A stretch of 64,000 nucleotides of DNA from the human T2T-CHM13v2.0 reference genome, Homo sapiens. The stretch lies in assembly GCF_009914755.1 (NCBI RefSeq), contig NC_060931.1; one strand, 5' to 3'. Below the pieces are notes generated by a model. It was given only the letters and a program-made list of their open reading frames with translations. It made no database searches and was not told the origin of the DNA. Of the stretch, positions 27,870 through 41,899 are shown one piece after another (position 1 is the stretch's first letter; each line of letters begins with the position of its first letter). A program made the position numbers and the translations under genes.

Positions 27870-29560
27870 ATAATCAGTCCTAGACTAATTTAGGCCCCAC
27901 CCAAAAAAGCTTAAAATCAAGCCTCAAATATATCAAATTGTTTCCAAGTAAAGTAACTTCATCCCTGAAAAGTTTTAAAATAATTTTAGGAGTGCAAAAC
28001 TATCCAGGATCTAACAAGGAAAAGTACATGATGTCTAGCATACAGTAAAAAATCACCAAGTATGCAAAGAGGCAGGAAAACACATCATGTAATGAGGAAT
28101 ATCAACAAATTGAAACTAATTCACAAATGGCACAGATGAGGGCATTCCTAGACACAGATGAACTGTAGTTATTATCACTCTATTCCACATGATAACGTTA
28201 AGCAGAGATATGAAAAACATTAAAAAGTCCCAATTCTAACTTTTAGAGATGAAACCATTTCTGAGATAAAGAAAATTCACTGGATGAGATGATGAGATTA
28301 GACAGACACTACAAAAGGAAAGATTAATGAACTTAAAGGTATATAATAGAAACCATCCAAAGTGAAACACAGACAGAAAATAGACCCCTTCAAAAGGAGC
28401 AGAAAGCTAATTGGGGGGCAACTTCAATTGGCCTAAAATTCATACATTTAGAGTCCCAGAAAGAAAACAAAGAAAAAAAAAACAGAAAAAAAAGGAGGAC
28501 ATAATGACTGAAATCTTTTGAAATTTGCTTTTTAAAAGCTACATATCCCAGTCCAAAAAGTATGAAGTACGAAGAAGGCACATCTTAACCAAACTGCTTA
28601 AACTGGGTAAGAACGAGACAATCTTAACAGCAGGCAGAAGAAAAGAGACGTGCTGGGTACAGAGGAACAAAGACAAGGATGACGACAGGTTTCTCCTTGA
28701 AAATGAGGCGAGCTAGAGGACAGTGGAACAAGCTCTGCAAAGTACTGCTGGGAAAAGCCTGTTGATTTGTGATTCTGTACCTGGCAACAAAAGAAACAGG
28801 GTGAGATATCAAGTTTTTCAGACATATAAAAGCTAAAATATTAATCATACCAGCAGATAAGCACTAAGAGATATTAAAGAAAGTCCTTTGGACAAGAGGA
28901 AAATGACATTATAGGAGACCCGATAGAAGCACAGGAAGGAAAAGCATGTTTTGCTGGGTATAGAACATGTAGAGAAATAAAATATGTGCCCACAAGGACA
29001 TGAAGGAGGGCAGGGAATGGAAGTGTGCTGCTGTAAGGTTATTAAACCATCATGATGTAGTGTAATATTATTTGAAGATAGATTATGATAAGTTGAAGGT
29101 GCACACTATAAACCCTAAAATGTATACACACACATGCACACATACATATGTACAGACAGAGTTATGGGGAATAAGCCAACAGAAGTGATTAAATGGGATG
29201 ATTAAAAAATACCCAGTCCAGAAGAAGGCTGGCTAAGAGGAACAGGAAACAAAAAGTAGACAGGATAAATAAAACGCAAATAGCAAGATGGTGGTTTAAG
29301 TCCAACCATTATCAACAGTGATGGTAGATGAAAATGATCTATAACCATTGGTCTAATTCAGTGGCAGTTTGTCAGACTTAATAACAAAGCAAGACCCAAC
29401 TAATTGCTGCCTACCCAAAACCCACTTTAAATATAAATTCACAAATACATGAAAACTAATGGGATTTTAAAAGATACACTGTACTAACACTAGTCAAAAA
29501 AAAAAAAAGCGGGAACAGCTATATTAATATTGAACAATGAACACAACCAGCATTATAAAG
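27870..29560 (+). mobile_element. Old L1M ORF1/inter-ORF fragment
   Basis: A-rich; ORF1-like gaaagattaatgaacttaaagg; ORF2 start aagcaagacccaactaattgctgccta. Confidence 0.75.
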
Positions 29561-30222
29561 AAGGTCATTTTGTACCAGCCTTTAGCTGGGCTTCTTTTAT
29601 CTGCTTTGAGTGTGTGCAGTTCAGGGCCAGTCGGAAACATGAGTAGAGTCCGCCAAGTTTCCCCTTCTGGACGCTCCCCCCCTCCACTGGCCACAGCTTC
29701 CCCAATTTCGTCCTGCTCCTGTTCCAGGCCATGAAGACTGTGGTCTTCCCTGAGGACCCCCAGCCCCTCATGCCCTAACTACATAGTGCTCAGGCTAACA
29801 GCCACGGTCAAAGAGAACGTGCTTCCTGCAACTCCTTTATCCCCCGTGTACACCCCAGGTCCGTCTTGCTGTTCACTCTCCAACGCCCACAAGCAGCCTG
29901 TTTGCATTGTGTACAGATTTTGAAGCTGTTTTCTGTAAGGGAGTGGGTTTGGTGTGATCTTACAAAATCCTTACAGGAAGCAGAACCAGCAATTACCCAT
30001 CCACTTTTAGAACTGCCTTGTGCATGAACCTTTTGTCCTTTGAGTCACACTTGGAAAAAGTGTAGGCTTCGTCTGTTGCAAAGGTCATGGTGGCTTCACT
30101 CCAAGAAACTTGAGAAACAGTTATTGTTTTAAACAGGGCACAACTGCAGTGTCCTGAGGAGCCCTGCATGGCCATGGAGTTTGCTGGATGAGGGATATGG
30201 ACGGGCTCCTGCAGCGAGAACA

Positions 30223-30362
30223 GAGACAGAGAGGGAGAGGGAGAGACAAAGAGGAGACAGAGAGGGAGAGGGAGAGACAAAGAGGAGACAGAGAGGGAGA
30301 GGGAGAGACAAAGAGGAGACAGAGATACAGGCAGAGAGAAGTGGGAGAGACAGAGGAGAGAG
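30223..30362. repeat. 31-bp GA-rich tandem repeat, ~3.3 copies plus GA tail
   Basis: gagacagagagggagagggagagacaaagag at 30223, 30254 and 30285. Confidence 0.9.
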
Positions 30363-31279
30363 AACATCTGGCAAACGCATTCCACTTTCGGATTCCTGCT
30401 CTGGACATGGAGGCCTGCTCTTCTCCATAAGCCCTCTCCCTTCCTTCAACGTCCTCGGGAAAAAGCGAAGCAGACCCTTTTCCCTCCCTCGCCCTCCTTG
30501 CCCTCCACAGGGGCTCTTTCCCATAACCTGCTGGCTGGTCTCTGTGGCTGAGTTCTGCCCATCCAGGAATGGACTCACCAGTGTCCCGGTCCAGCCCCAT
30601 CTCCCCTCCACACTCAGGAGCTCCTCGGGTGAACTCGGTGCTGGCCAGGCACTCAGCACCAGCCTCGCAGGCTTCTTCCCAACACCTCCAGCCTGTGCCC
30701 CACCTGCACCCACACCCATCATTCTGCTCCGGGCTCTGCCCAGAGGCCCCCAGTTCCCTGAGCTCGCCCATTCTCTGGCCTTCACCCACACTATGGCCTC
30801 TGCCTGGCCTCCCTCAGCCGTGTGGACGCCTCCTCTCAGCATCTAGGATCTAGGCCCATCTCCACGCCGTCTCAAAGACGCTGGGCTGCTGCCCACTGTG
30901 AGATAGGAGCCCCCTCTCTGTTCCACACCACCCTTGACAGGCACTTACCAGGCCCGTCCACCTCATCTGATGGGTCGTGTCCGTCCTTTCATCAGATAGC
31001 AAGTCCCTCAAGGCCCAACTCCCTGAGCCCCCATCCCCCTCTTTGTCTCTCCTCCAGGGATTAGTGTCACCCCTGATCCCACTCCGGCTTGGCCTCACCC
31101 ACAACAGCTGGCACCCACCTTGGCCCTCCTGGCTGTGGCCTTGACCCCTCGTGTTCATCCTGGCTCAACCCCTGGCCCTGGTTCTCTTGGTGCCACCTAA
31201 ACAGTCTACACTGTCTTGTGTTCACCTTTTCTTTAATTATTTGTTTAGCAGAGCAGAGCTGATTTTACAAATATAAATC

Positions 31280-31555
31280 GGCCGGGCGTGCTGGCTCACC
31301 CCTGTAATCCCAGCACTTCTGGAGGCCGAGATGGGTGGATCATGAGGTCAGGAGTTCGAGACCAGCCTGACCAACATGGTGAAACACTGTCTCTACTAAA
31401 ATTACAAAAATTAGCCAGGCGTGGTGGCGCGCGCCTATAATCCCAGCTACTCAGGAGGCTGAGGCAGGAGAATCACTTGAATCCAGGAGGCAGAGGTTGC
31501 AGTGAGCTGAGATCACGCCATTGTACTCCAGCCTGGGCCACAGAGCAAGACTCTG

Positions 31556-31606
<51 letters not shown>
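31280..31606 (+). mobile_element. AluS with (TA)n microsatellite tail
   Basis: ggccgggcgtg start, full dimer, A-tail then ~18 TA repeats (31571-31606). Confidence 0.95.
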
Positions 31607-31609
<3 letters not shown>

Positions 31610-32469
31610 GTTTGACCAAATGCAGTGATTTCTCCCAGTTTGAGAAATAACTCTTCTTTATAAAGTCATGTTTTGGTGAAGCAGGGCTGGGTAAACCTGC
31701 GCCACAATGGGTGGGAGCCCGCAGGAGACAGGCCCTCGTCCAGCAGTGTCCAGACAGCTGCATGGAGCAGAACACGCAGCCCTCACCCTAGAGCCCCGAC
31801 TTGGGTCATGGGGGCTTAGAAAGAAAGAAAGGAAGAGACAAGACTGGATAAGAACCGGGTTTGGTCAAGGAAAGGAGGGGTGGACGTGCAAAGCCCTCCC
31901 GTGCGGGAGCCCTGGGACGGGGGCACCATCCCACAGCCCCCCGGCAGCCGCCGATCCCCCCGACACAGCCCCCCGGGAGCCGCCGATCCCCCCGAGACTG
32001 GCCTGCACCTGCACATCTGGGGGGCGGGGCCCCGAATTGTCCTGCCACAGTGGCCCCGCCGGCAGGGAGATCAGAGGAAGAAATAAAACCCTCAGGCCTC
32101 ACCTGGGATCCAGATTCGAGGCCGGAAGAGCAGACTTTGCCGGGGGCACTCACGCAGATCCCCACGTCTCAGGGCACCGCAGTCCTATTACCATAAGCGA
32201 TCATGCAAAGGTGTGGTAAAAGCCATCTGTCATTCATAAAATGTGATGATGCCTTTCTGCAAAGACATAAGCCATCCCGGGGCTCAGCCAAGAAATGGCC
32301 ATAAAATCTGGCATAATGACCTCAAAGCACACTTTCCAATATAAAGGTTATTCTAGGCAGCTGTTTCCTGATTATTTACGTGCAATAATTTTACACCCCC
32401 CAGACTCTGACACGCTCACAGCCTGATGCCCTCTCTCATCAGCAGCACTGAAGCGTCTGTGCGGAATTC

Positions 32470-33140
32470 TTACGATGTCGTGTTCCCTCAGCACCCATTT
32501 GGGGCTTTGTCCTCCCAGAATCGGGGCTCAGTCACCCTTGACACAGTTTCCAGTTCTCTGCCTCCCCCCAGTATCTCAGGGTGGTCCCTCCAGACACCTG
32601 CCTTACTCAGACGTCTCCTGGTGACCACCCCGCTATGGGACAGCCCACAGGACTCGCCCAGACCCCACACCCTGCAAGGACTGTGTAGCTGTCCCACAGC
32701 AGACCCCTCCCAGTTCCAGTGTGACCTCGTGGGGCTGTGGCCCACTGGCTGAGTGCACCCACCAGAGCTTCCTGTGGGAACCTGCTTGGGCAATACCCTG
32801 GACCCCAGTGAAGGCTTTGACCACAGCCCCTGTCCCTCTGGCTGTGTGCGTCCAAGACAGCGCCCCGTTCCCACCACCAGCCCTGCGAGGGGGCTGCCCT
32901 CTTCTCTCTGGATCTGTGAGTCACGCTGTTAACTCCAGCGTTTTGTGGAGTTGCCACCTGAGTCTCACCTGACTGGCACACCTCAACCCACCTCTCCTCC
33001 CGTCGGCGTGGTCCTTTGGCGTGGCTGTCTGGGTTGGAATAAACTGCATGCAGGTGTCAGCCAGTCTCCTGTGACAGGGACACTCGGTCCCGGGTCGGAC
33101 ACCTCGGCCTTAGGCCGTCCACCAGGACAAAGAAGGGCCG
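32470..33140 (+). mobile_element. MER74-like ERVL LTR
   Basis: ggggctcagtcacccttgacacagtttccagttctc, ctcctggtgaccacc and ccctggacccca..aaggcttt match my recollection of the MER74 consensus. Confidence 0.65.
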
Positions 33141-34640
33141 ACCTCTGGAACCCCAGGTTAGTCGCCTGGAAAAGGGAGGAACGGTCACCACGACACTGCC
33201 CTTGCCCGCAGCTTAGGGACGTTTCTGAGGTAAACGAGATAATGGTTGGAGTGTTGAGCACAGTCTGGCCACAGAGAACGTGAGAAGCCATTGCCAGTGT
33301 CATCATGTGGTAATTGGGAAGTTTCCGTGAACCGCTGCAGCAGGGAGTTTAAAGAAGATCAGCAGAGGCCAAAGACTCCTTAGCGGCAGGGAGGGGAGGG
33401 CAGAGAAGAAATCAGGTGGGGGAGGTCGAAGGGAAGTGGGAACGGCGGGCACAGACGTCCCTGAGCCCGGATCCTGGTGCCCTCACCCTAAGCCAGCAGC
33501 TCACGACCACCCAGAGGCCAGGAGGCCCCCAGAGCCCCCAGCACCCACGGCTCCCTCCAGTGGGAAGAGTAGGATCAGCCCAGAGCCCCTGCTGAGCCTG
33601 GACAAGGGGAAGGAAGGGGAAGCTCAGCGTGGTCACCCGGCAGTTTCTCCACTCTGAACCGCGTGCTGGGGGTCACGGGGCTCCCGCTGCTGACGAGGAA
33701 GCAGGGCCCACCCTGTCCAGCCTCGGCCTCTGCAGACCTGAGCGCAGCCCCACGTATCCCCACGATGGTTGCCGTCCCTGCGTGGGTTTTATTTTCTCCA
33801 CTCAGCGTCCTGTGACCACAGAGATGGCGTGAGGTAGGAAGCTGTACAGCCCCAGCACGGGGCCCACGAGAGGAAGTCTCCAGCAGCAGCTAATCCTGGG
33901 CGGAGATGACAGCCCGGAGCCTTGGGCTGTTTAAACTCCAGCTGCACGGAAAGCCTCCAGCTGAGAGAGTTTCCCAGAGTCTGTCCCCGGGGTCGAGCCT
34001 TCGGGGGCCAGGCCATGGGAGCTGGGTCTTCCTGTGCCTGGAGCCTTGTCCCCTGCGGACCTGCAGTGTGGCCAGATGATGAGTCTTGCACTGAGCAGAA
34101 CTCCTTGGGCCTTAGGGGGTTCTGCCACCACCCAGCCATCATTGGCAGGGCAGGGAAGGCCGGCCCAACCCAGGTCTCGCTGCCTGGACCCTCTGGGGGA
34201 GCAAGCTTTGAGCAGGAGAGGGGCCAGGAGCCCCTGAGGAGCAGGAGCGAGGGCTCAGAGCCACAGAGAATTCCTCAGCCAGGCCTGTGACAAACACAGC
34301 TGCCACTCCTCTTCCAGCCCCACTGCCCCAGCCACATCACATTGGTCCTGGTCACTCGCAGGGAAGGTCACTCACTGTCCAGGGAGAAAACCCATTCCTT
34401 TCCTCTGGTTCTCTTCCCCAAAGACATGCAAATACTTTTTCCAGGAATTTTCTAACAGCAATGATGCACGGACCCTTAACTTTAAACTGACCTAGAGGCC
34501 CAGGAGAGCCCAATTATTTCTGGCACAGGCACCTGGGCACAGGGTCTGGCCTGGTTCACTCTGGAGTGCCTGAGTCATGGTGGAAATTCAATATTTGTTA
34601 AGGAAATTGGCAAAAGGATGAATGAAGAAAGAGAACATTG

Positions 34641-34811
34641 CACGGTGTGTTCAAAATGTCCGCAGCTATATTCCGCTGTGAATTCAGGAGCTTGTTCCAC
34701 AGTGTGTTCAAAACGTCCGCAGCGACATTCCGCTGTGAATCCATGAGCTTGTTCCCCGGTGTGTTCAAAACGTCCGCAGCTACATTCTGCTGCAAGTTCA
34801 GGAGCTTGTTC
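34641..34811. repeat. 57-bp tandem repeat, 3 diverged copies
   Basis: Units begin at 34641, 34698 and 34755 (gtgtgttcaaaa.gtccgcagc...gagcttgttc). Confidence 0.95.
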
Positions 34812-35659
34812 CTAGGTGACTCCGGCACATAGGCTGGAAACACTACACTCACCGGGGGCTCAGCCCCGCACACCTGTGTGGGGAGGGAGCGGGGAGCGTC
34901 GGGGAAGAAGGAGGGGCCCGCCCCGTGAGACTGCGGCCAGGTCCTGCCCACGTGCCTGCTCTGCTGGGCTTGCAGCCAGGCCACCTCCCTGGCCCGGACC
35001 CCTCAGGGCCTCTGGACAGGGGCTGCAGGCTGCCTCTGGACTCTGCTCCTGGACTGGCCTCTGCTGGACGGCGGCGCCCTGCACCTCAACAGCCAGCCAC
35101 ACCAGGCATGGCCGTCACCTACAGGTGAAGCTACAAATTTAACCTCATATAAGGGAATATAACCATGGCCAAGGAGCGAGGCAAGGCTTTTTAAACAACA
35201 TGTCAACAGCACAAATCAGAGGCAAGTGAGAACCAAGTTTTAAAAAGATGAATGTGGTATAATCAGCATTAAAGTTTCCTGTTCGGTCTGGGACTCCTTG
35301 GACCAAGCATTACTGGGAGGCAACCTGAATGCCCTCGGTGTGAGCGTGGAAAGATGGCAGCTTCAAGGCTGGGCTCCGCAGTGGGGCAGGCCCCGCCCTG
35401 GACGAGCACGCGGCCACACAGAGGGTCCTCTTGAGCACGGTGACTCCCGTACCCGTAACAGTCAGGCCGATTCTTCAAGAAAACATACAAACTAAAAGAT
35501 GTCAAACACAGCAAATTGGCTGCCCATGGAGAAGGGTGGGAACCAAGAGAGGCACTGGCAGGAAAGGGGACCAGTCGGTGAGTGGAGAGAACCTGAGGGT
35601 CTGTGGGGCCAGCTTTCCCAGGTGCTAAGGAACAGGACCTCAGATCTCTGAAGCTAAGG

Positions 35660-35950
35660 GCTGGGGGAGCAGAGGAGGGAAGATGGGAAAGAGGGAGGGA
35701 GGAGTAGGGAGGGAGTGGGAGGTGGAGAGGAAGGGAGGAGGGAGGAGGGAAGGAGAGAAACGGAGGGAGGGAAGAGGGCGGAAAAGACAGGGAGGAGGGA
35801 AGGAGAGGCAGGAGGGACGGAGCGGGGAGGAAATGCAGGAAGGAAGGAGAAGGAGCAGGGAAGGAGAGAGGACGGAGTAAAAGGGAGGAGAAAAGGAGAA
35901 GGAGGGAGGGAAAGGGGTGGAGAGGGGCAGGGGAAGGGCAGGGAAAGGCG
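35660..35950. repeat. Polypurine GGA/GGGA low-complexity tract
   Basis: About 290 bp almost entirely G/A on the + strand. Confidence 0.9.
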
Positions 35951-36299
35951 GTGATAAGAAAGGGCATGCGAACCTGATAAAGCCAGACCAGGGTGTCCGA
36001 TGTGCATCCATTTCCTCTGATAATAGGCTCCTCCCCAATAGCACAAACAATAAAGAGGAAAAACACGATACTATTTTAGGAATGGAGGTAAGTACGTGAG
36101 TGGAGATTCCAGCATCATTTGAAGATGACCAGGCAGCCCGCAGCAGTGGGGACCTCAGCGGCCCTCTGTGAACCCAGGGTCCCAAACACGCATCGGGAGA
36201 CCCAGCAGTGGATCCTGACAGGTACATCACACCTGGAGTGGGAAATGCCTCTCTCTTCAAGAAGCCGTGAAACCTCTTCTTTAACTTGAACTTATGTCA

Positions 36300-38190
36300 A
36301 ATCCCAAGAACACTTAGACCATATTCTCCAGCCAAAATCCACAAAAGGAAGAAAATAACAGCAATTGTAGAAGCAGAAACCCTAACATCCTGAATAACAA
36401 GTAAGCAAACAAAATGCCTCTTGAACAATTCTTGGGTCAAGTGGGACAACAGAGTCCAAATTTCAGAACCACCACAAATAACAATTATGGAATATGATCT
36501 ATCAGAACCCGAACAATGTGACTAAAACTGTCTCAGAGAAAAATTCACAGCGATAACAATTACGTTAGCAACAACCAAATACAAACAAGTAAATTATTCA
36601 TTCAACTGACAAAATTAGACTCAAGAAAATAAAAAGAACAGGATAAATGTAAGAACCAAGAAGAAGAAAATAAGATGGTAAAAGTGTGTGATTTGAAGCA
36701 GGAGACTCAAAAGCGTGCTCGTGTGGTGGGCCTTTGAAATTCACCAGTGAATAAGCCTGTGTCTACCCTAATTCAGGAACTGTGAGGACGGCATGGACAC
36801 ACACGTGCACACGAGTCTAACGACATGGGAAACAGTTACGACAGAAGCACACACAAGTGCATAATTTACAGATTCCATGCAAATACTTTAAATTCTAAAT
36901 AATATGGGTGATTATCCCAGGCAAATATGAATTGCCCCAACTAACCAAAAGGAAACAGAAAAGTAAGCAGACTATTATTAACCGCAGAAGAAATTGAGAA
37001 ATCTATTAAAACCCAGCCCACTCACCTCCGAAATTCTACGCCCAGATAAATCACAAATTCACTAATTCAAAATGCTGGTGCACCAATCTTTACAATATGA
37101 TTAAAATTTCCTATTCATGAGCATAAAGAAAGAAAACCCTGTGTTCTTCTTAGGATTCCAGCATAATATTTGCACCAAAACATTGAAAAGTTGCACATAC
37201 ACATGAAATGAAACATACCAGCTACGGTAATAACGTCCTCACACATTACTTCATGTGGCAGATTAAAGACTCACACGTGTAACGACCACCTCTCGGCTTC
37301 AGTTGAGGTTTCCAAGCACTTTAAAACAAGTTCAGTATTAGGAAATCTACCAATATAATTCAATGAAATAATACATCACAAAACAACCACTTCACCAGGG
37401 CAGGAAAGGCAGACAGCGTGAGCCACAGAGCAGCCAGCCATGAAGGAACCATGTGCCATCACACTTCTGCCCCTGGGGGACCCCGGAACCCCAGAAATCA
37501 ACCCTAAACCAGGCCCACCCATCCCAGCAGCGCCCAGGGAGGCCTGGACGGTCACCACACACCCACAGCCACCATGGCAGCAGCCAGCATTCCCCTGCTG
37601 GGGGCAGGCAGTATCCGCTCCTTGGAGGGTGAGATGCCTCAGACCTGGGTGGGCCTCATCCATACACTTCCCAGCAACCGTGCATCTCGGCTGGCAGCCT
37701 TCACTCCCGGAGGGGTGGGTACCGGGGTGGAGGGACGGCATAGGGTGATCCGCAGCTGCCCTGAGGGTGCCCCAGCCTGGCTGTTTACCTGAGCCTGTTC
37801 CTTTCCCCAGAAGACCAAAAAATCATGAAATAAGAGCTACAAAGATGGGAAAGAGGCAAAATTCCCATATTTTGCAGATGGTTTGAGATTGATCTGGAAA
37901 ACACAGAGGATCAACTGCAAGGCTGTAAGAAACAGGAGCACTTAGCATAACAAAATGAACACTAGTCAATAGTCACCGATATCCACTTAGAAAACAGGAA
38001 AATAAAGGGGGAAAATCTCATTCACAATAGCAGAAAGACACATAAAATCCTGATGGTGGGGAATTCAGTGAGAAAGGTAGAGTTGTTGAAGGAAACGGCA
38101 AAACTCTCCTGAGGAGCATTTTAGAAGCAATAAATGGAGACTTAGATTTCAGACTAGAAAACGCACATTGCAGAGTTGGGAAGACTGGAT
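36300..38190 (+). mobile_element. Highly decayed L1ME ORF2 fragments, with a GC-rich interruption at ~37390-37810
   Basis: ttgaacaattcttgggtcaa, gcagaagaaattgagaaa, and tatttttgcagatg-like motif (LFADD region) near 37870. Confidence 0.6.
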
Positions 38191-39934
38191 TTTTTTTTTT
38201 TCATTGAGCATCTGTATTTCTATACATGGAAAAGGACCATAAAGTTATTTTCAATGAGTTACTATTATTATCATTATTACTGTTATGAGAGGCGAAATCT
38301 TACAGCTGATGATTTCAGGCAGACTCTAGTGCCGGGCCTCAAGTCACAGGATCCTTCTCCCCCACCTCCTGGCCTGATCCTTTTCCCATCTCTGAGCCTC
38401 AGTCTCCTCCTCTGTGAAATGGACACAGTGACGGTAACTCCTTGGTGGCCTGAGGACAGGTGCACACGCATGAAGAGCCCCACCTGGCGGGCGCCAGGAA
38501 ACCGCAGCTCAGCTCCCACTGTCAGGTGTGTCCTCCGGTGGGAAGGGGCAGGCGCAGGCGGGAACAGCCCCTGCTAGCTGGGGTTCAGCAGGGCCATGCT
38601 GTGCAGGGATGGGGACTCCTGGCTCAGGGACCTGCTTCCCGGGTCCTACACGGGCTTTGTGCTAGTTTATAATATGACTTGGGGCAGCCGCCCCCCCGAG
38701 GCTGGGAGGAGGCCTCAGGAGATGGGGATCACTGGTGATGCCCGGAGGAGGCAGCTTGCGAGAGAGTGGGCTCAGCAGCGTGGGAAAAGAGGGGCCAGGG
38801 TGTCCTTCAGCTAAATGAGCTGCTTTTTCCCAGGGCAGCAATGGTGCAGCCTTTGGCACCCAGCTTCTCACTGTTGGCACCAAGAGAGCCTCTGGGCAGT
38901 GCGGGCTGGTCCAGTAAAGACAGGGGCCTCAGCTCTGGGGCTCCGCAGGCCTCTGCTCTTAGCCCCACGCCTGGAATATGAGCTTCCCATGCCTGCCCCT
39001 TGAGGTCCAAGGTCAAAGTCAAGGTCAGCCTGCAGACGGTTGGGCTCGGGCTTGCTGGTGATCCTTTCTCACTGGCCACAGGGGAAATAAACGCTGAGGA
39101 TAGGGCTGCTGTTCCCACTCACACACCGGGGCCATCAGGCCTCCCAGGGGAGACACTGGCAAGAGCGGATGTGATTCTGGGAGAAATCCCTCTGATATCC
39201 AGTTCTCGCCTTGCACAAAATAAGGGAAATTAAAGGTTTCAATAGTACTGATTAGACGAGAGTTCTGCACGGCTGACTGTGGTGAGAACATTCCCATGTA
39301 AGCTGGCTGCTCTGTTCTCCAGGCCTGATGCGATCATTTGTGCAGAACCGCCTTTAATATTAATGCTGGCGGTGGGCCCCGTGGCCTCTCTGACTCTGCC
39401 TCCCTGGCCCCTCCACCCTGTGCTGGCATCCACCGAGGTCTGCATCCTGCATGTGTGGGCCACTGTCCCAGGGGTGGGCTTCGAAGAGACCCTGCTCCCC
39501 TCCAGGCTCCTGGCAGAGTGCAGTGGTAACCCCTCTTAAAGAGACACGGTGGAAAGAGGGCCTCCACCCTCCTGGACATCAGGACGAGACGTAAAGTCTC
39601 CGTGCTCCTTCAGCTGCACGCAGATCGTCACTTTGCAGATGTGAAAACTGAGGCCCAGAGGGAGAAGGGGGCTGTCAAAGATCACATGAGGAGCCTCACG
39701 CAGGGCCAGGACTGCAACCCTTTTCTCTAAACATACTTTTAAATTAAAGTGTGTGGCATACCCAGGGATTATAAAACACAGATATTATAAATGTAGAGCT
39801 TCATAAACTGAAAACACTGGTGTAAGCCATACTCAGATCAAGAAATAAAAAGCTACAGGCCCCTGGAAGTCCCTCAAGTGCCTCTTCTCATCAACATTCC
39901 CCAAAGAATAACCACTGTCCCCACTTCTGAGAAC

Positions 39935-40525
<591 letters not shown>

Positions 40526-41899
40526 TCCATGATCTGTTTTTAATGGAATCACTTGGTGTGCATTCTTTGGCGTCTGATTTCTTTCACTCAACATTGTGTT
40601 TGTGAGATTCATTCATTCTTCTCATTTACTCCCATTGTTGTATTTGATGGTGTGACCAGACCACGGTTTATCCATTGGTGGACATGTGGGTTGTTTCCAG
40701 TTTGGAGACTGTCATGAATAGTGTCACTCTGCGTATTGCACATGCCTTTTGGTGAACTTGTTTGTGGATTTTTCTTGGGTATATACCTAGGAGCAGAATT
40801 GTTGAGTCATAGGCTAGGCGTACATTTAGCTTTAACAGATATGAAGAGACAATTTTCCCAAATCATTCTACAGCCTCGCAGTTCACATCCACTCTGACCA
40901 ACAGAAGCAGTTTTGGTTGATCCACATCTCTGCCACCACCTGCTATTCTCAATCTTCTACCTGTAGTCATTCCATTCATTGTGCATTATATTAATTTTCC
41001 TAGTTATTATCTGATTCACAGCAAATGCTTAGCTTACTAATTATTAGGTTTTCTGACATTCTAATTTTTGCATTGAAGTCACAAATTTCCATCCAGTTAC
41101 GTCCTTACCTGTATCCCTTCTGTACCCCTGAGTGCAAGCTCTGGGCCGGGCTCTGCCTGGGAGAGCTTCCCTGGGTGCCTGGAGACCCTTGTCCCCCCAG
41201 AAACTGGGTCTTAGATCTGACAAGGGAGTGTGTCCCTCCCTGGGCCCAGCTCCCACTATAAAAGACGCAGGTGCCCATTCTGCCAGGGGCAGAGGGTTCC
41301 TCCCCGAGCCTGGGCTCCTGTGGGAGCCTGGGGACCCCTCTAACCTGCCACCATCCAGGGACACATCCCAACTCCACTGCCTGGCTCATGTGTCTGAGGA
41401 AGGGAAACACTCTCGTTTCGAGGATCGCAGGGTCCACCCTGTTCTTGCTCTAGACTGGGAGTGGGTGAACTGCCGAGACACCGGCCCCAGCTCTGCTCCT
41501 CAGCTAATCCACCCTCCCTGGACGTGTCCACCCTCTGCTGCCAAAACGCACAATAGCAGCACAGCCTCTCTGTGGCACAGGGCTGACAAGATCCAGTGAT
41601 GGGGACTCCCCCTAAGAGGAGTGGGCACCCGGGCGTGTGCCGCTGCAGGTCGTCCGTCTGGGTGGGCGACTGGGTCTCCTCACCCAGCCCTGCTGAATCT
41701 GTGGATGTTGATCCTTTAGAAAGTGGCCGGTCCAAAGGGTAGTTGGTGACACAGCTCCAGACCCAGAGTCCCTCACACGACCCACACAGAGTGGCCCTGG
41801 GCAGAGAGCTCTTCCCTGGGGCCACCCAAGGGCACTGCCTTCATCTGGGGCTGGGGGAGACCATTCATTGGAGTTGTTTTCTGGGCACCTCCGGAGTTT

